From an uncultured Methanosarcinales archaeon (GTDB taxonomy: Archaea; Nanobdellota; Nanobdellia; Woesearchaeales; ARS49), in contig CAZWVL010000008.1 in assembly GCA_964637115.1 (NCBI GenBank), positions 10,268 to 74,267 of the forward strand: a DNA stretch of 64,000 bases. The letters run 5' to 3'. Position numbers and translations under genes: made by a program. Positions 19,152 through 28,539 of the stretch are shown piece after piece. Under the pieces are notes generated by a model, which searched no databases, was not told the DNA's origin, and was given only the letters and a program-made list of their open reading frames with translations. Every line of letters begins with the position of its first letter. Within the stretch, counting starts at the first letter, position 1.

Positions 19152-19153
19152 TT

Positions 19154-19624
19154 TCAGTTATTGCTATCCTTGGGTGAAGCCATATGAACCACATCATCAT
19201 CGTCGTCATCTATCACCATATGAGCCGCAACATCATCACTATCATCGTATATCTTTGAGTGAAGCCATATGAACCACCACAATAACATTATAGAAAAGAA
19301 GTCAATAGGATTGAAGAAGACGGAGCGAATATAAGTTCTCTCAGGACTTGAATAATGTTGAAAGATGAAAAACGAGTAAAGATTGAGAAGGAGTGATATT
19401 GAAATAAGAACTATCATCAATTCTAAGAATAATTTATATATGATTGTTGAAACAGATAGTCTAGTTGTAACTTTTGTAACTTCTATAATCTTGCCTGACT
19501 CGTCGTATGTTGTTATCGTTTGTTCTCTTATCCAACCCAATAATTTTCTCAAAAATTCTCCAAATCTGTTCTTTCCCATACCTTTCTCTTTCAAGTATGT
19601 TTTTGTTTTCTGAAGATTCTTCAT
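19154..19624 (-). CDS. Hypothetical two-TM protein with Asp-rich tail
   Basis: N-terminus resembles that of the NERD gene; TATA box upstream. Confidence 0.6.
   Translation of the reverse strand: MKNLQKTKTYLKEKGMGKNRFGEFLRKLLGWIREQTITTYDESGKIIEVTKVTTRLSVSTIIYKLFLELMIVLISISLLLNLYSFFIFQHYSSPERTYIRSVFFNPIDFFSIMLLWWFIWLHSKIYDDSDDVAAHMVIDDDDDDVVHMASPKDSNN
19174..19277. repeat. 19-bp exact direct repeat GTGAAGCCATATGAACCAC
   Basis: Copies at 19174-19192 and 19259-19277, with a partial core (CCATATGA) between them. Confidence 0.85.
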
Positions 19625-19789
19625 ATTATTAATAGTAAATTCTCTTCTCTTTAATACTTTCTGAACGGCAGGCTACGGCGGACTTTGATTTTTTGCCTTC
19701 GGCATCGTAGTACTTCCTCTGCTTTTCACTACAGTTCGAAAAACTGCCTTTTTAAAGCCCTTCTTGAATAGTCCCTGAAGGTAGAGGAT

Positions 19790-20062
19790 CTAGGATGATT
19801 TTTTTCTTTGAAATAAAGACCAAATAACATAAACTAAGATCGCGGGAATAAGAATAATTACATCACGCAAAAGGGTTTGCCCTAAAGACCAGCATGTACA
19901 AGGATCGATTGTAAAGAGCGCCATCATTCTATATATGTTTTGATAGTCTGGACATTGGGCAGGTAAACACGTTGCTTGAGAAAATAGACGGACAACATAC
20001 CACCAAGGGACTGATGCAATAATCGATACAAACAATTTAGCTCTTGTAAAACGAAAGTTCAT
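19790..20062 (-). CDS. Hypothetical two-TM protein with Cys-containing loop
   Basis: Hydrophobic termini; four Cys in the loop. Confidence 0.6.
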   Translation of the reverse strand: MNFRFTRAKLFVSIIASVPWWYVVRLFSQATCLPAQCPDYQNIYRMMALFTIDPCTCWSLGQTLLRDVIILIPAILVYVIWSLFQRKKSS

Positions 20063-20206
20063 TGTTATAAATCACCAACTATTTTATTTAAATCTTTGGT
20101 AATCCTAGGGCAAAATTCTCACTTTTTCGGATAGTCTTTTAGCATATTAGAATAAAGCTTTGAATAAACACCAACAATTAAATACGCAGTAATTAATTTC
20201 AAGAAA

Positions 20207-20398
20207 ATGGCGCTTTCAATCATCATCTTCATCGGCTTAATCATTCTGGCAGTGATTGCCCTAAAATTCCTTGGAGGAATGCTGCGCACGATTATTTCCA
20301 CTGCACTCTTCATCATTGCAGCAGCATTCTTGCTGAAATGGTTCACGGGAACGGACTTGTTTGGAATAGCGGGATTTGTCACAGGCCTCTTACCTTAA
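20207..20398 (+). CDS. Small membrane protein (63 aa)
   Basis: Two hydrophobic helices; TATA-like TTTGAATAAA upstream. Confidence 0.55.
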   Translation: MALSIIIFIGLIILAVIALKFLGGMLRTIISTALFIIAAAFLLKWFTGTDLFGIAGFVTGLLP

Positions 20399-21125
20399 GC
20401 CAAAGTTCAGGAATCATTTTCTCGGCAAGAGGACGCAAATTCAGAATGTCTTCTTCATTGTACATCACAAGCTTGTTAAGATAATCTCTGTCGCCAGTGC
20501 TTTTCCACATCTCCCACAAATAAACAGCATCCTCTCCTGAAATTCCCTCAACTTCAGCACGGCGTTTAATGCCTAACTGCTTTTCAATTGACTTCAAGCC
20601 GCCAGTGTAGCCGACTTTCTGGCAGACAAAACGCAAATCAACGTGAGGAATGTTTGGTTTAATGTTGAAGTAACGCTCGATAACAGGAAGGTCAAATGAT
20701 GCACCGTTAAAAGTAACAATCATCTTGTATTTTTCCAATTCCTTCAAAATTAATGAACGATCAAGATTAAAGCCGCGCACAAAAGTCTTTGCATCAACTC
20801 CATCAGACATTCCGATGACAGTAATGCCGCTGTAATAACCATTTGTTTCGATGTCAAGATACACAGCTTCGTCCTTAAACTCATTGTAAAGACGCCATTG
20901 GTCAGAAAAAGGAATCTTTTGAGAAAAGAAAACAGCATCCTCATCGCGCAAACGCTGCTTTGCTTCCTGCAACTTCCAGTCAAAAGTCTCCTTTCGCGCA
21001 TTACTAAGACCGGTTACCTTTTGCACGGCAAGAAAATCATCCCAAGAATGAATTTTCTGGCTCCAGATTTTTGACTCAGTACGATGCTTGACATTCGGCA
21101 GCAGGACAAATGATTGGGATAACAT
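20379..21125 (-). CDS. YprB-like RNase H-fold 3'-5' exonuclease
   Basis: YLDIETNG, VTFNGASFDLP, HVDLR, GLKSIEK, YNEEDI (DEDD set). Confidence 0.85.
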   Translation of the reverse strand: MLSQSFVLLPNVKHRTESKIWSQKIHSWDDFLAVQKVTGLSNARKETFDWKLQEAKQRLRDEDAVFFSQKIPFSDQWRLYNEFKDEAVYLDIETNGYYSGITVIGMSDGVDAKTFVRGFNLDRSLILKELEKYKMIVTFNGASFDLPVIERYFNIKPNIPHVDLRFVCQKVGYTGGLKSIEKQLGIKRRAEVEGISGEDAVYLWEMWKSTGDRDYLNKLVMYNEEDILNLRPLAEKMIPELWLKVRGL

Positions 21126-21268
21126 AGTTTACCTCTTTACAGATGAGTTTCCGCACAACGTTTATAAACGCTGCGCACATATGTCCAGTGGTAAGTGGGT
21201 TGATTTAGGCTACGCAATTATATTCAGGGGGGCTCAACCGCCGTCCCCCTTCAACCCCCGCGGTCACT

Positions 21269-22087
21269 ATGCCAGCATTTGCATTACATGTGGACAGTTG
21301 CAAGAAGTTGTTTGAACATTTCAAACTGCGCAAGAAAAGCTTCAATTTCGCGCTAGTTTCTTTAGGAAGCGTCCTGCCAGACCTGCAAGAATTCGGAATA
21401 ATCAAATCAGTGCACGGCAGAGCAGAACAATTCCTTCAATATTTGCTGAAAACAGACCCGAAATACGCGCCATTAGCGATAGGAATGATAATGCACGAGG
21501 AACTTGACAGAGTAATAGACACGCAGTTTGTCAATCCACACCTGCCTGCAGCAAGAGAATTACTTGAACAATACGAGTTTAGTTCAGAAAAAGTATCGCT
21601 GGCAGCACACTACCTGATAGACCACTCAGTCAACTGTTCAATTCTTGAGAAAGAGCCGCATTTGTTAAAGATAACAGAAGGCATGAAGAAAAAACTATCC
21701 CACAGATATGCGCACAAGATAGCGTATCATCTGACCAAATTCTTTGGAGGAGACGAGGAACAAATACTCAAAGCAATGCACACATTCAGAGATTTTGACT
21801 TATCACAATACTTATCACCAGATGATGCTGCAGCACTATATGCAAAATTTTTCTTCCTGCAAAAAGAACTGAAAGAAAAACAGCCGGTAAGCTTAATCAG
21901 CAAAGTGAAACTTGGACTGAGCTACGGAAAGTTCCTTCTAAGCCACCATAAAAACACTGCAAAAGAAGTCTGCGCTCAAGCAAAACAGAAATTCACCAAC
22001 CACGGCAAAGCTTATCTTGAAGCTCGCAAAGCAATGATCAAAAGAATGGCAAAACTTTCTGCAACATACGCATTGACGCTGAAATAA
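21269..22087 (+). CDS. Hypothetical protein, possible helical metal-binding hydrolase fold
   Basis: N-terminal His, LGSVLPD, VH and MHEELD motifs recall Zn-dependent phospholipase C-like folds. Confidence 0.55.
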   Translation: MPAFALHVDSCKKLFEHFKLRKKSFNFALVSLGSVLPDLQEFGIIKSVHGRAEQFLQYLLKTDPKYAPLAIGMIMHEELDRVIDTQFVNPHLPAARELLEQYEFSSEKVSLAAHYLIDHSVNCSILEKEPHLLKITEGMKKKLSHRYAHKIAYHLTKFFGGDEEQILKAMHTFRDFDLSQYLSPDDAAALYAKFFFLQKELKEKQPVSLISKVKLGLSYGKFLLSHHKNTAKEVCAQAKQKFTNHGKAYLEARKAMIKRMAKLSATYALTLK

Positions 22088-22094
22088 ACCTAAC

Positions 22095-25000
22095 TTATTT
22101 ATTTCTACGAGAATACCAAATGCCTATAATTGCCAGAGCGATAAGGATAAGCAACAAAATCCACCACAACCAGTTCACAGAACTGGGTTCAACTGCCACA
22201 GCGCCAGTAATTTCTCCTCCAGCAAATGAAGAGACCTGCTCAGGAATAAACGCCGGAATAGGCTTTTTTGATTCATCTGAAGCAAGCGTTGCGCCACCAC
22301 CAAAACTGCCAGGTCCTGGCTGCGCAGCAGGAGCTGCTGCAGGTTCGCCTCCAGTAGGAGGACCGTGACCTGTTGAAAGAGGACGGTGACTCGAACCGCC
22401 ACCTCCGCCGCCTCCACTACCGCCAACAGATGCAGGAGCAGGAGCTGCAACGACACTAACATTGCGTACGGCCTGTGCAGAATTTCCTGAAGAGTCAGTA
22501 ACGTCGTAAGTAACATTATATGTGCCGACAACAGAAAAGTTAACGCCATTGGTTACAACAATAGATCCTGTAACGTTTCCGTCAAAATTGTCTGAAGCTG
22601 TCGCGCTGGCGTCAACATAAGAAGAACCAACTGTGATTGTGGCCGGATTAGAGCCTAAGATAGTGATAACAGGAGGCGTTGTGTCAACAACATTAACAGT
22701 TCTCGTAACTTGAATTGCGACGTTACCTGAACTGTCAGAAACATCATACGTGACGATGTAAGCTCCTAAAATACTCGTGTCCACTGGGTTAACGGTCACA
22801 ATTGAACCAGTAATATTGCCATCATAATTGTCATCGGCAGTTGCACCATCATCAACATAAACACTGCCTGCTTCCACAGTCACAGGGTCAGAGCCAACCA
22901 AAGAAATAACTGGCAAAGTCGTATCAACAACGTTCACAGTTCTTGTGACTTGAACAGCAGAATTGCCTGAACTGTCAGAAACATCGTAAGTCACAGTGTA
23001 AACTCCAAGAGCACTCGTGTTAACAGGATTAACAACAACAATAGAACCAGTTAGATCACCATCATAATTATCCAAAGCAGTAGCACCATCATCAACATAA
23101 ACACTACCAACCTCAACAGTCACAGGATCACTACCAACCAAAGAAATAACTGGTAAAGTCGTATCAACAACATTAACAGTACGAGTAACTTGAACAGCCG
23201 CATTGCCTGAACTGTCAGAGACATCATACGTCACGATGTAAGCGCCTAAAACGCTTGTATTAACAGGATTAACTGTTACAATAGACCCCGATAAGTCACC
23301 GTCGTAATTATCCAAAGCAGTAGCACCATCATCAACATACACAGAACCAACCTCAACATTTACTGGAGTCGAACCAACTAAAGAGATAACTGGATCAGTA
23401 GTATCAACAACATTAACAGTACGCGTAACCTGAACTGCAGCATTGCTGGAAGAATCGGAAACATCATAAGTCACGACGTAAGCACCAAGAGCACTAGTAT
23501 TAACCGGATTCACAACAACAATAGAACCGGTAAGGTCGCCATCTCCAGCATCCAAGGCAGTCGCGCCATCATCAACATAAACACCGCCAACTTCCACAAC
23601 AACAGGAGTTGAACCAGCTAACGTAATGACAGGAATACCAGTATCAACAACATTAACAGTACGCGTAACTTGAGTAGCCGCGTTACCAGAACTATCAGAC
23701 ACGTCATACGTCACGATATAAGCGCCAAGAACACTGGTATTCACAGGATTAACAACAACAATAAAGCTTGTTAGGTCGCCATCATAATTATCAAAAGCAG
23801 TCGCACCATCATCAACATAAACACTACCAACTTCAACATTCACAGGAGTTACGCCAACCAAAGAAATAACCGGATCAGTAGTATCAACAACATTAACAGT
23901 TCTCGTAACCTGAACAGCAGCATTACCAGAACTGTCAGACACGTCGTAAGTCACAATGTAAGCACCAAGAGCACTGGTATTCACAGGATTAACAGTAACT
24001 ATAGAGCCGGTAAGGTCACCATCTCCCGCATCAAAAGCAGTCGCACCATCATCAACATACACAGAACCAACCTCAACATTTACTGGAGTTGAACCTGTTA
24101 ACGTGATAACCGGCACACTGGTGTCAACAACATTCACTGTACGCGTAACCTGAACTGCAGAATTACCAGAACTATCAGAAACATCATAAGTTACGGTGTA
24201 AGCGCCAAGAGCACTGGTATTAACAGGATTAAAAGTAACAATAGCGCCAGTCAGATCACCATCGTAATTATCAAGAGCAGTTGCGCCATCATCAACATAA
24301 ACGCTACCTACTTCTATATTTACTGGAGTTGAGCCAGCCAAAGAAATAACCGGATCAGTAGTATCAACAACATTAACGGTACGAGTAACCTGAACAGCAG
24401 AATTACCAGAACTATCAGAAACATCATACGTAACAACATACGCGCCAACAACGCTCGTATTAACAGGATCAACTGTTACGATAGAACCTGATAAGTCACC
24501 ATCGTAATTATCCAAAGCAGTGGCACCGTCATCAACATAAGCGCCGCCTACCTCTATATTTACTGGAGTTGAACCAACCAAAGAAATCACAGGATCAGTA
24601 GTATCAACAACATTAACAGTACGCGTAACTTGAGCTGCGTCATTTCCAGCAACATCAGAAACATCATAAGTAACTATGTACGCACCAACAACACTCGTGT
24701 TGACCGGATTGACAGTAACAATAGAACCAGTCAAATCACCGTCGTAATTATCAAGAGCAGTCGCACCGTCATCAGAATAAACAGAACCAACTTCAACATT
24801 CACTGGAGTTGAACCAACCAAAGAAATAACCGGATCGGTAGTATCAACAACATTAACAGTACGCGTAACTTGAACCGCGTCATTTCCAGCAGCATCAGAA
24901 ACATCGTAAGTCACGATGTAAGCGCCAAGAGCACTAGTATTAACAGGATTCACAACAACAATAGAACCGGTAAGGTCTCCGTCAACATTATCCAAAGCAG

Positions 25001-25646
25001 TGGCACCATCATCAACATAAGCGCTGCCTGCTTCTATGGTTACAGGAGTAGAACCAACAAGCGTGATAACAGGAGGTGTTGTATCTGGTGCACCTGCAAC
25101 CTCAGTCAGGGTTCCGAGATTTGTTCCATTGGAAACTGAGGCAATTACTGACGTGCCCATCTTCGTGATGTTTCCGCTCGCCAAAGGCGATACCGCTGTC
25201 GGCCGCACACGGACATTCTGCCAGGTCAAACGATTCCTGACACCGCCGTTCGAAACATTCAAAACCGTGAAAACAATCACTGTTGTGTTCACCGATGTAA
25301 TATTAAGCGATGTGCCATTGGCTGCACTATTGATATTCTTTGTGTCAGGACCAGAACCGGCAGTCCTTTCCAACAACACCGTAACAGCCGGCGAGCCCGT
25401 GTCAAACTCAAAACCAGAAGGAATTTGAAGAATGATTGTTCCAGCTTTAATATCAGAAGCAGCAGTCTCGGCAAGAGCAGGCCCTGTAAGCGTTGTGTAC
25501 GCGCCACCAACATCATCCGCTGAAATTGCCCCGCCACCAGTTGCTAGAGTTACTGTTGCAGCCGATACAGCAACAGAGCTCAAAATAAACAAAAATGATA
25601 AAACAAGCAATCTAAGACAATCACGCGCCGGCTTCCAAGTGTACAT
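22095..25646 (-). CDS. Large cell-surface protein with 11 DUF5011/HYR-type Ig-like repeats and a C-terminal TM anchor
   Basis: Signal peptide; 80-aa units DTTxPVIxLxG...GATAxDxxDGDL...YDVSDSSGN...RTVNVV; Gly/Pro linker; C-terminal TM plus basic tail. Confidence 0.9.
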   Translation of the reverse strand: MYTWKPARDCLRLLVLSFLFILSSVAVSAATVTLATGGGAISADDVGGAYTTLTGPALAETAASDIKAGTIILQIPSGFEFDTGSPAVTVLLERTAGSGPDTKNINSAANGTSLNITSVNTTVIVFTVLNVSNGGVRNRLTWQNVRVRPTAVSPLASGNITKMGTSVIASVSNGTNLGTLTEVAGAPDTTPPVITLVGSTPVTIEAGSAYVDDGATALDNVDGDLTGSIVVVNPVNTSALGAYIVTYDVSDAAGNDAVQVTRTVNVVDTTDPVISLVGSTPVNVEVGSVYSDDGATALDNYDGDLTGSIVTVNPVNTSVVGAYIVTYDVSDVAGNDAAQVTRTVNVVDTTDPVISLVGSTPVNIEVGGAYVDDGATALDNYDGDLSGSIVTVDPVNTSVVGAYVVTYDVSDSSGNSAVQVTRTVNVVDTTDPVISLAGSTPVNIEVGSVYVDDGATALDNYDGDLTGAIVTFNPVNTSALGAYTVTYDVSDSSGNSAVQVTRTVNVVDTSVPVITLTGSTPVNVEVGSVYVDDGATAFDAGDGDLTGSIVTVNPVNTSALGAYIVTYDVSDSSGNAAVQVTRTVNVVDTTDPVISLVGVTPVNVEVGSVYVDDGATAFDNYDGDLTSFIVVVNPVNTSVLGAYIVTYDVSDSSGNAATQVTRTVNVVDTGIPVITLAGSTPVVVEVGGVYVDDGATALDAGDGDLTGSIVVVNPVNTSALGAYVVTYDVSDSSSNAAVQVTRTVNVVDTTDPVISLVGSTPVNVEVGSVYVDDGATALDNYDGDLSGSIVTVNPVNTSVLGAYIVTYDVSDSSGNAAVQVTRTVNVVDTTLPVISLVGSDPVTVEVGSVYVDDGATALDNYDGDLTGSIVVVNPVNTSALGVYTVTYDVSDSSGNSAVQVTRTVNVVDTTLPVISLVGSDPVTVEAGSVYVDDGATADDNYDGNITGSIVTVNPVDTSILGAYIVTYDVSDSSGNVAIQVTRTVNVVDTTPPVITILGSNPATITVGSSYVDASATASDNFDGNVTGSIVVTNGVNFSVVGTYNVTYDVTDSSGNSAQAVRNVSVVAAPAPASVGGSGGGGGGGSSHRPLSTGHGPPTGGEPAAAPAAQPGPGSFGGGATLASDESKKPIPAFIPEQVSSFAGGEITGAVAVEPSSVNWLWWILLLILIALAIIGIWYSRRNK
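22460..25085 (-). repeat. Intragenic tandem repeat, 240-bp period, 11 units
   Basis: GTATCAACAACATT-type sequence recurs every 240 bp from 22681 to 24841. Confidence 0.95.
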
Positions 25647-25751
25647 GTGTTCTCCGAGGATAACTTAGGCAATAGCGTTATAAGTCAGTGTGTCCCCCCG
25701 GTAGGTAACACAAGGAAAGCATTTATAAACGCACACGCCACCCTATGAGCA

Positions 25752-26504
25752 ATGGAAGGACGTTTGCGGGAGATAGGGTTTACCCCTGGAGAGGAAAAAG
25801 TCTACCTTGCCTTGCTGACACTGGGCAACTCAACTTCAGGCACAATCGCAAAGCACGCAGGAGTTTCAAGATCAAAACTATACGAAATTCTTGAAAGACT
25901 ATCAAAAAAAGGATTGGTGAGCCATATTAAGCGAAATAATATTCTTTGTTTCAGCGCGGCCCATCCTAGAAGAATTCTAGACCATATCAGAAAAAAAGAA
26001 GAATTGTTAAGATACCAGAGATCATCGTTTGAGAAAACTCTTCCTTTTTTTAAAAATTTCATGAAAGAAAAAAAATCCCATGGAGAAATCGAGTTCTTTG
26101 AAGGAAACGAAGGCATAAAAAACGTCTGTGAAACATTCCTAAGAAAATCCAAACCCGGCGATTCATTCTACGAGTTCGGAAACTCATCATCAGGCTATAC
26201 AGACATGCTCGGATATTGGGATGACTTCAGCAAAAGGCGCGCTCAAAAAAAAGTTCGGGCTCTGCAAATATTCAATCAGGATGCAAAACGCTTCGGAGAA
26301 CGCCGCAAAAACTTAGCTTATACACAAGTCAAATATCTGCCCAAAGCAGGACCAACGCATTCACGAGTCGTGATATACGGAAATGACAGCGTATCCATTA
26401 CGACGCGACACAAAACTCCAATGACCATCATTATAAGCAACAGACTTGTTGCAGAAAGCTTCAAGACATATTTTGATGTTCTGTGGGATGCGTCCGCGGA
26501 ATAA
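25752..26504 (+). CDS. TrmB-family transcriptional regulator
   Basis: GFTPGEEKVYLALL...GVSRSKLYEILERLSKKGLV HTH; C-terminal FFEGNEGIK effector domain. Confidence 0.88.
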   Translation: MEGRLREIGFTPGEEKVYLALLTLGNSTSGTIAKHAGVSRSKLYEILERLSKKGLVSHIKRNNILCFSAAHPRRILDHIRKKEELLRYQRSSFEKTLPFFKNFMKEKKSHGEIEFFEGNEGIKNVCETFLRKSKPGDSFYEFGNSSSGYTDMLGYWDDFSKRRAQKKVRALQIFNQDAKRFGERRKNLAYTQVKYLPKAGPTHSRVVIYGNDSVSITTRHKTPMTIIISNRLVAESFKTYFDVLWDASAE

Positions 26505-26597
26505 ACCATGAAAGTGTGAACGAAAAAGAATCGCGACACTTAGCTATTGATGCTGTTCAGAAAGCCTTATAAACCCACCTTCTCGAAATATCCTCAC

Positions 26598-26939
26598 ATG
26601 AGCAAGAAAGAAGAACAACAACAGCAACAACAACAGCAAGAGGAAGAAATAAGAAGAACGCCCATTCCTCGAGGCAGACAAGTTCTAGGCGTTTGCGAAC
26701 AAAGAGTAGGCGGCAGCAGAATGAAAGTGCGCTGCATGGACGGAAAGATGCGCATCTGCAGGATTCCCGGCAGATTAAAACGAAAATTATGGGTGAGAGA
26801 AGGCGACATTTTATTAATAGAACCATGGGAATTAGGCGGAGACGAGAAAGGAGATGTTGTCTTCAAATACAGACCAATACAGGTTGAGCTCCTGAAGAGA
26901 AAAGGAATGCTCAAAGAAATAATGCAGGAAGAGTTCTAG
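26598..26939 (+). CDS. eif1a: Translation initiation factor 1A
   Basis: GGSRMKVRCMDGKMRICRIPGRLKRKLWVREGD...IEPWE; N-terminal poly-Q tract. Confidence 0.95.
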   Translation: MSKKEEQQQQQQQQEEEIRRTPIPRGRQVLGVCEQRVGGSRMKVRCMDGKMRICRIPGRLKRKLWVREGDILLIEPWELGGDEKGDVVFKYRPIQVELLKRKGMLKEIMQEEF

Positions 26940-26988
26940 AAGCACATGCAAATGGCAGGGTTGATGATTGCAGTCAAAATATGATTTC

Positions 26989-28149
26989 TTACTCCTCGTG
27001 CGTGTATGGAACAATCCTCTTCAAAATAACGTCGCAAACTTTTTTTGTTGCATAAACGCCTCCTATGAATAGGCCACAGTCTATCAGTGTTGGAGAATTA
27101 GCCGCGGCAAATAAACTATATGCGCCAGCGCCCCCATAATAAGCAACATTAAGTGTGACAAAGTGCCTTAAAGTCTCCAAGGGATCCACATCTGGGCGGT
27201 CTTCTGGTTCAATTTTATCGAGGTCATCTTTCTTACCCTCAGCCTTCAGTTTTGCTCGCTGTAACATTTTTTTGCTTAAGTACAAACCTGCAAGAATGTA
27301 AGTTGTGAAGGCTGGGATTAGGTAACGATAAAATTGATTGCGGTCCTCTTCATGAAGGCTGCCATGTCCATGCTTACTTGCGTTCCATTCTTGGTGAAGC
27401 ATCAATGGTGGAAACACCCTTCCCAAGAGATATTCCCAGTCAGAGTCGAAGCGTTGGCTATCTTGGTGATGCCCGATTTCATGTGCAATAATAGATTCAA
27501 CGTTGCTATACACAACAACAGTTTTGGTCATTGGATTGTAATAATCTCCGCGGGCAAATTCAGCCCAAATCTCATCTTTGAAAGCTATCAGGCTGCCGAG
27601 CGTTAGTCGTGCAAATAAATTGTTTCTTTTAGAAAGATTGTCTTCTGCAAACATGCGGTACCAATCGTAAAAAGCTTCATTGTGGTTCAATCTTACTGTG
27701 ATATCTTTTATGCTTGTATCATTTTCCAATAATGCAAGTGCCGTTTTTGCTCTCTTTGCATCAAGACCCCAACCAACACCCAAATCTCCAAAGTACACTT
27801 TTCCTGGAATGCACATAACATGACCGATGAGGCGTGAAGGCAACCAGTCGGCGTCATTAACAATGGTATATCGATCAGTCTCGATAGTAAATGGCTTTGA
27901 AAAATCAATTTCAGAAGTGCTCACTATGTTCTCAAGAGTTTGCGGATTTTTCTGCTCTGGCTCTTCTTCAGGTTTTGTTTTGCTTTTTTGAAAGAATGTC
28001 GCCTTCTTTATGTGCATTTCAGAAGGAAGCGTATATTTTTGTTCAGTTGGTGTTGATCCAGAACCTCCTGTAAAGAGATACCAAGTGTACAATCCGCCAA
28101 AAAAGGCGATTTTTCGCCAATTCCTTTTCAGGAAGTCACCGAAACCCAT
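26989..28149 (-). CDS. Hypothetical membrane protein with HExxH motif
   Basis: IIAHEIGHH followed by hydrophobic helices. Confidence 0.6.
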   Translation of the reverse strand: MGFGDFLKRNWRKIAFFGGLYTWYLFTGGSGSTPTEQKYTLPSEMHIKKATFFQKSKTKPEEEPEQKNPQTLENIVSTSEIDFSKPFTIETDRYTIVNDADWLPSRLIGHVMCIPGKVYFGDLGVGWGLDAKRAKTALALLENDTSIKDITVRLNHNEAFYDWYRMFAEDNLSKRNNLFARLTLGSLIAFKDEIWAEFARGDYYNPMTKTVVVYSNVESIIAHEIGHHQDSQRFDSDWEYLLGRVFPPLMLHQEWNASKHGHGSLHEEDRNQFYRYLIPAFTTYILAGLYLSKKMLQRAKLKAEGKKDDLDKIEPEDRPDVDPLETLRHFVTLNVAYYGGAGAYSLFAAANSPTLIDCGLFIGGVYATKKVCDVILKRIVPYTHEE

Positions 28150-28247
28150 ATAGAATAAACTATACAGAGTTATTTATTAAGTTTTCTATTTTTAGTCATT
28201 TATTAGTAGTTACTATTTGAACAAACGCTCTTATCAAGCATCAAAAT

Positions 28248-28508
28248 CTAGTAACCCAACTCTCTCCAAACATCTCGCGGCTTCTCGTTGGGATACTGGC
28301 ACTTGGGCTCCCGCATCCAATCACTGTAAGCATAACAACTGCCCGTGCACTGCCTGTAACGGAAGCCGATATGATGCTCGTCATACTCGCAACTGCCAAC
28401 AAAGTAACACTGACAGGACTGGCTCATGCTGCCTTCAACAGCAACAAAAAGAAACAAGACTAAAGCAACAACAACAGTAATGCCAAACAGCGAGCGCATC
28501 ACGTTCAT
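28248..28508 (-). CDS. Small secreted Cys-rich protein
   Basis: Signal peptide and six Cys within about 40 aa. Confidence 0.6.
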   Translation of the reverse strand: MNVMRSLFGITVVVALVLFLFVAVEGSMSQSCQCYFVGSCEYDEHHIGFRYRQCTGSCYAYSDWMREPKCQYPNEKPRDVWRELGY

Positions 28509-28539
28509 ACTATAGTATAGAGAATAAGGCTATTTAAGA

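Larger units (their letters stand above)
17191..19742. mobile_element. AT-rich accessory island bounded by 12-bp direct repeats ACAGTTCGAAAA
   Basis: Repeats at 17191-17202 and 19731-19742; visibly lower GC inside; no recombinase gene in the window. Confidence 0.5.

Noticed and set aside
19174-19277. 19-bp repeats as a mini-CRISPR
   Set aside because: Only two exact copies, too short, and located inside an ORF.
22460-25085. 240-bp tandem array as a CRISPR or satellite
   Set aside because: It is in-frame protein-domain repetition with no repeat-spacer structure.
26610-26645. CAA/CAG poly-Q tract in aIF1A as a phase-variable repeat
   Set aside because: In-frame, interrupted triplets in a disordered tail; cannot cause a frameshift.
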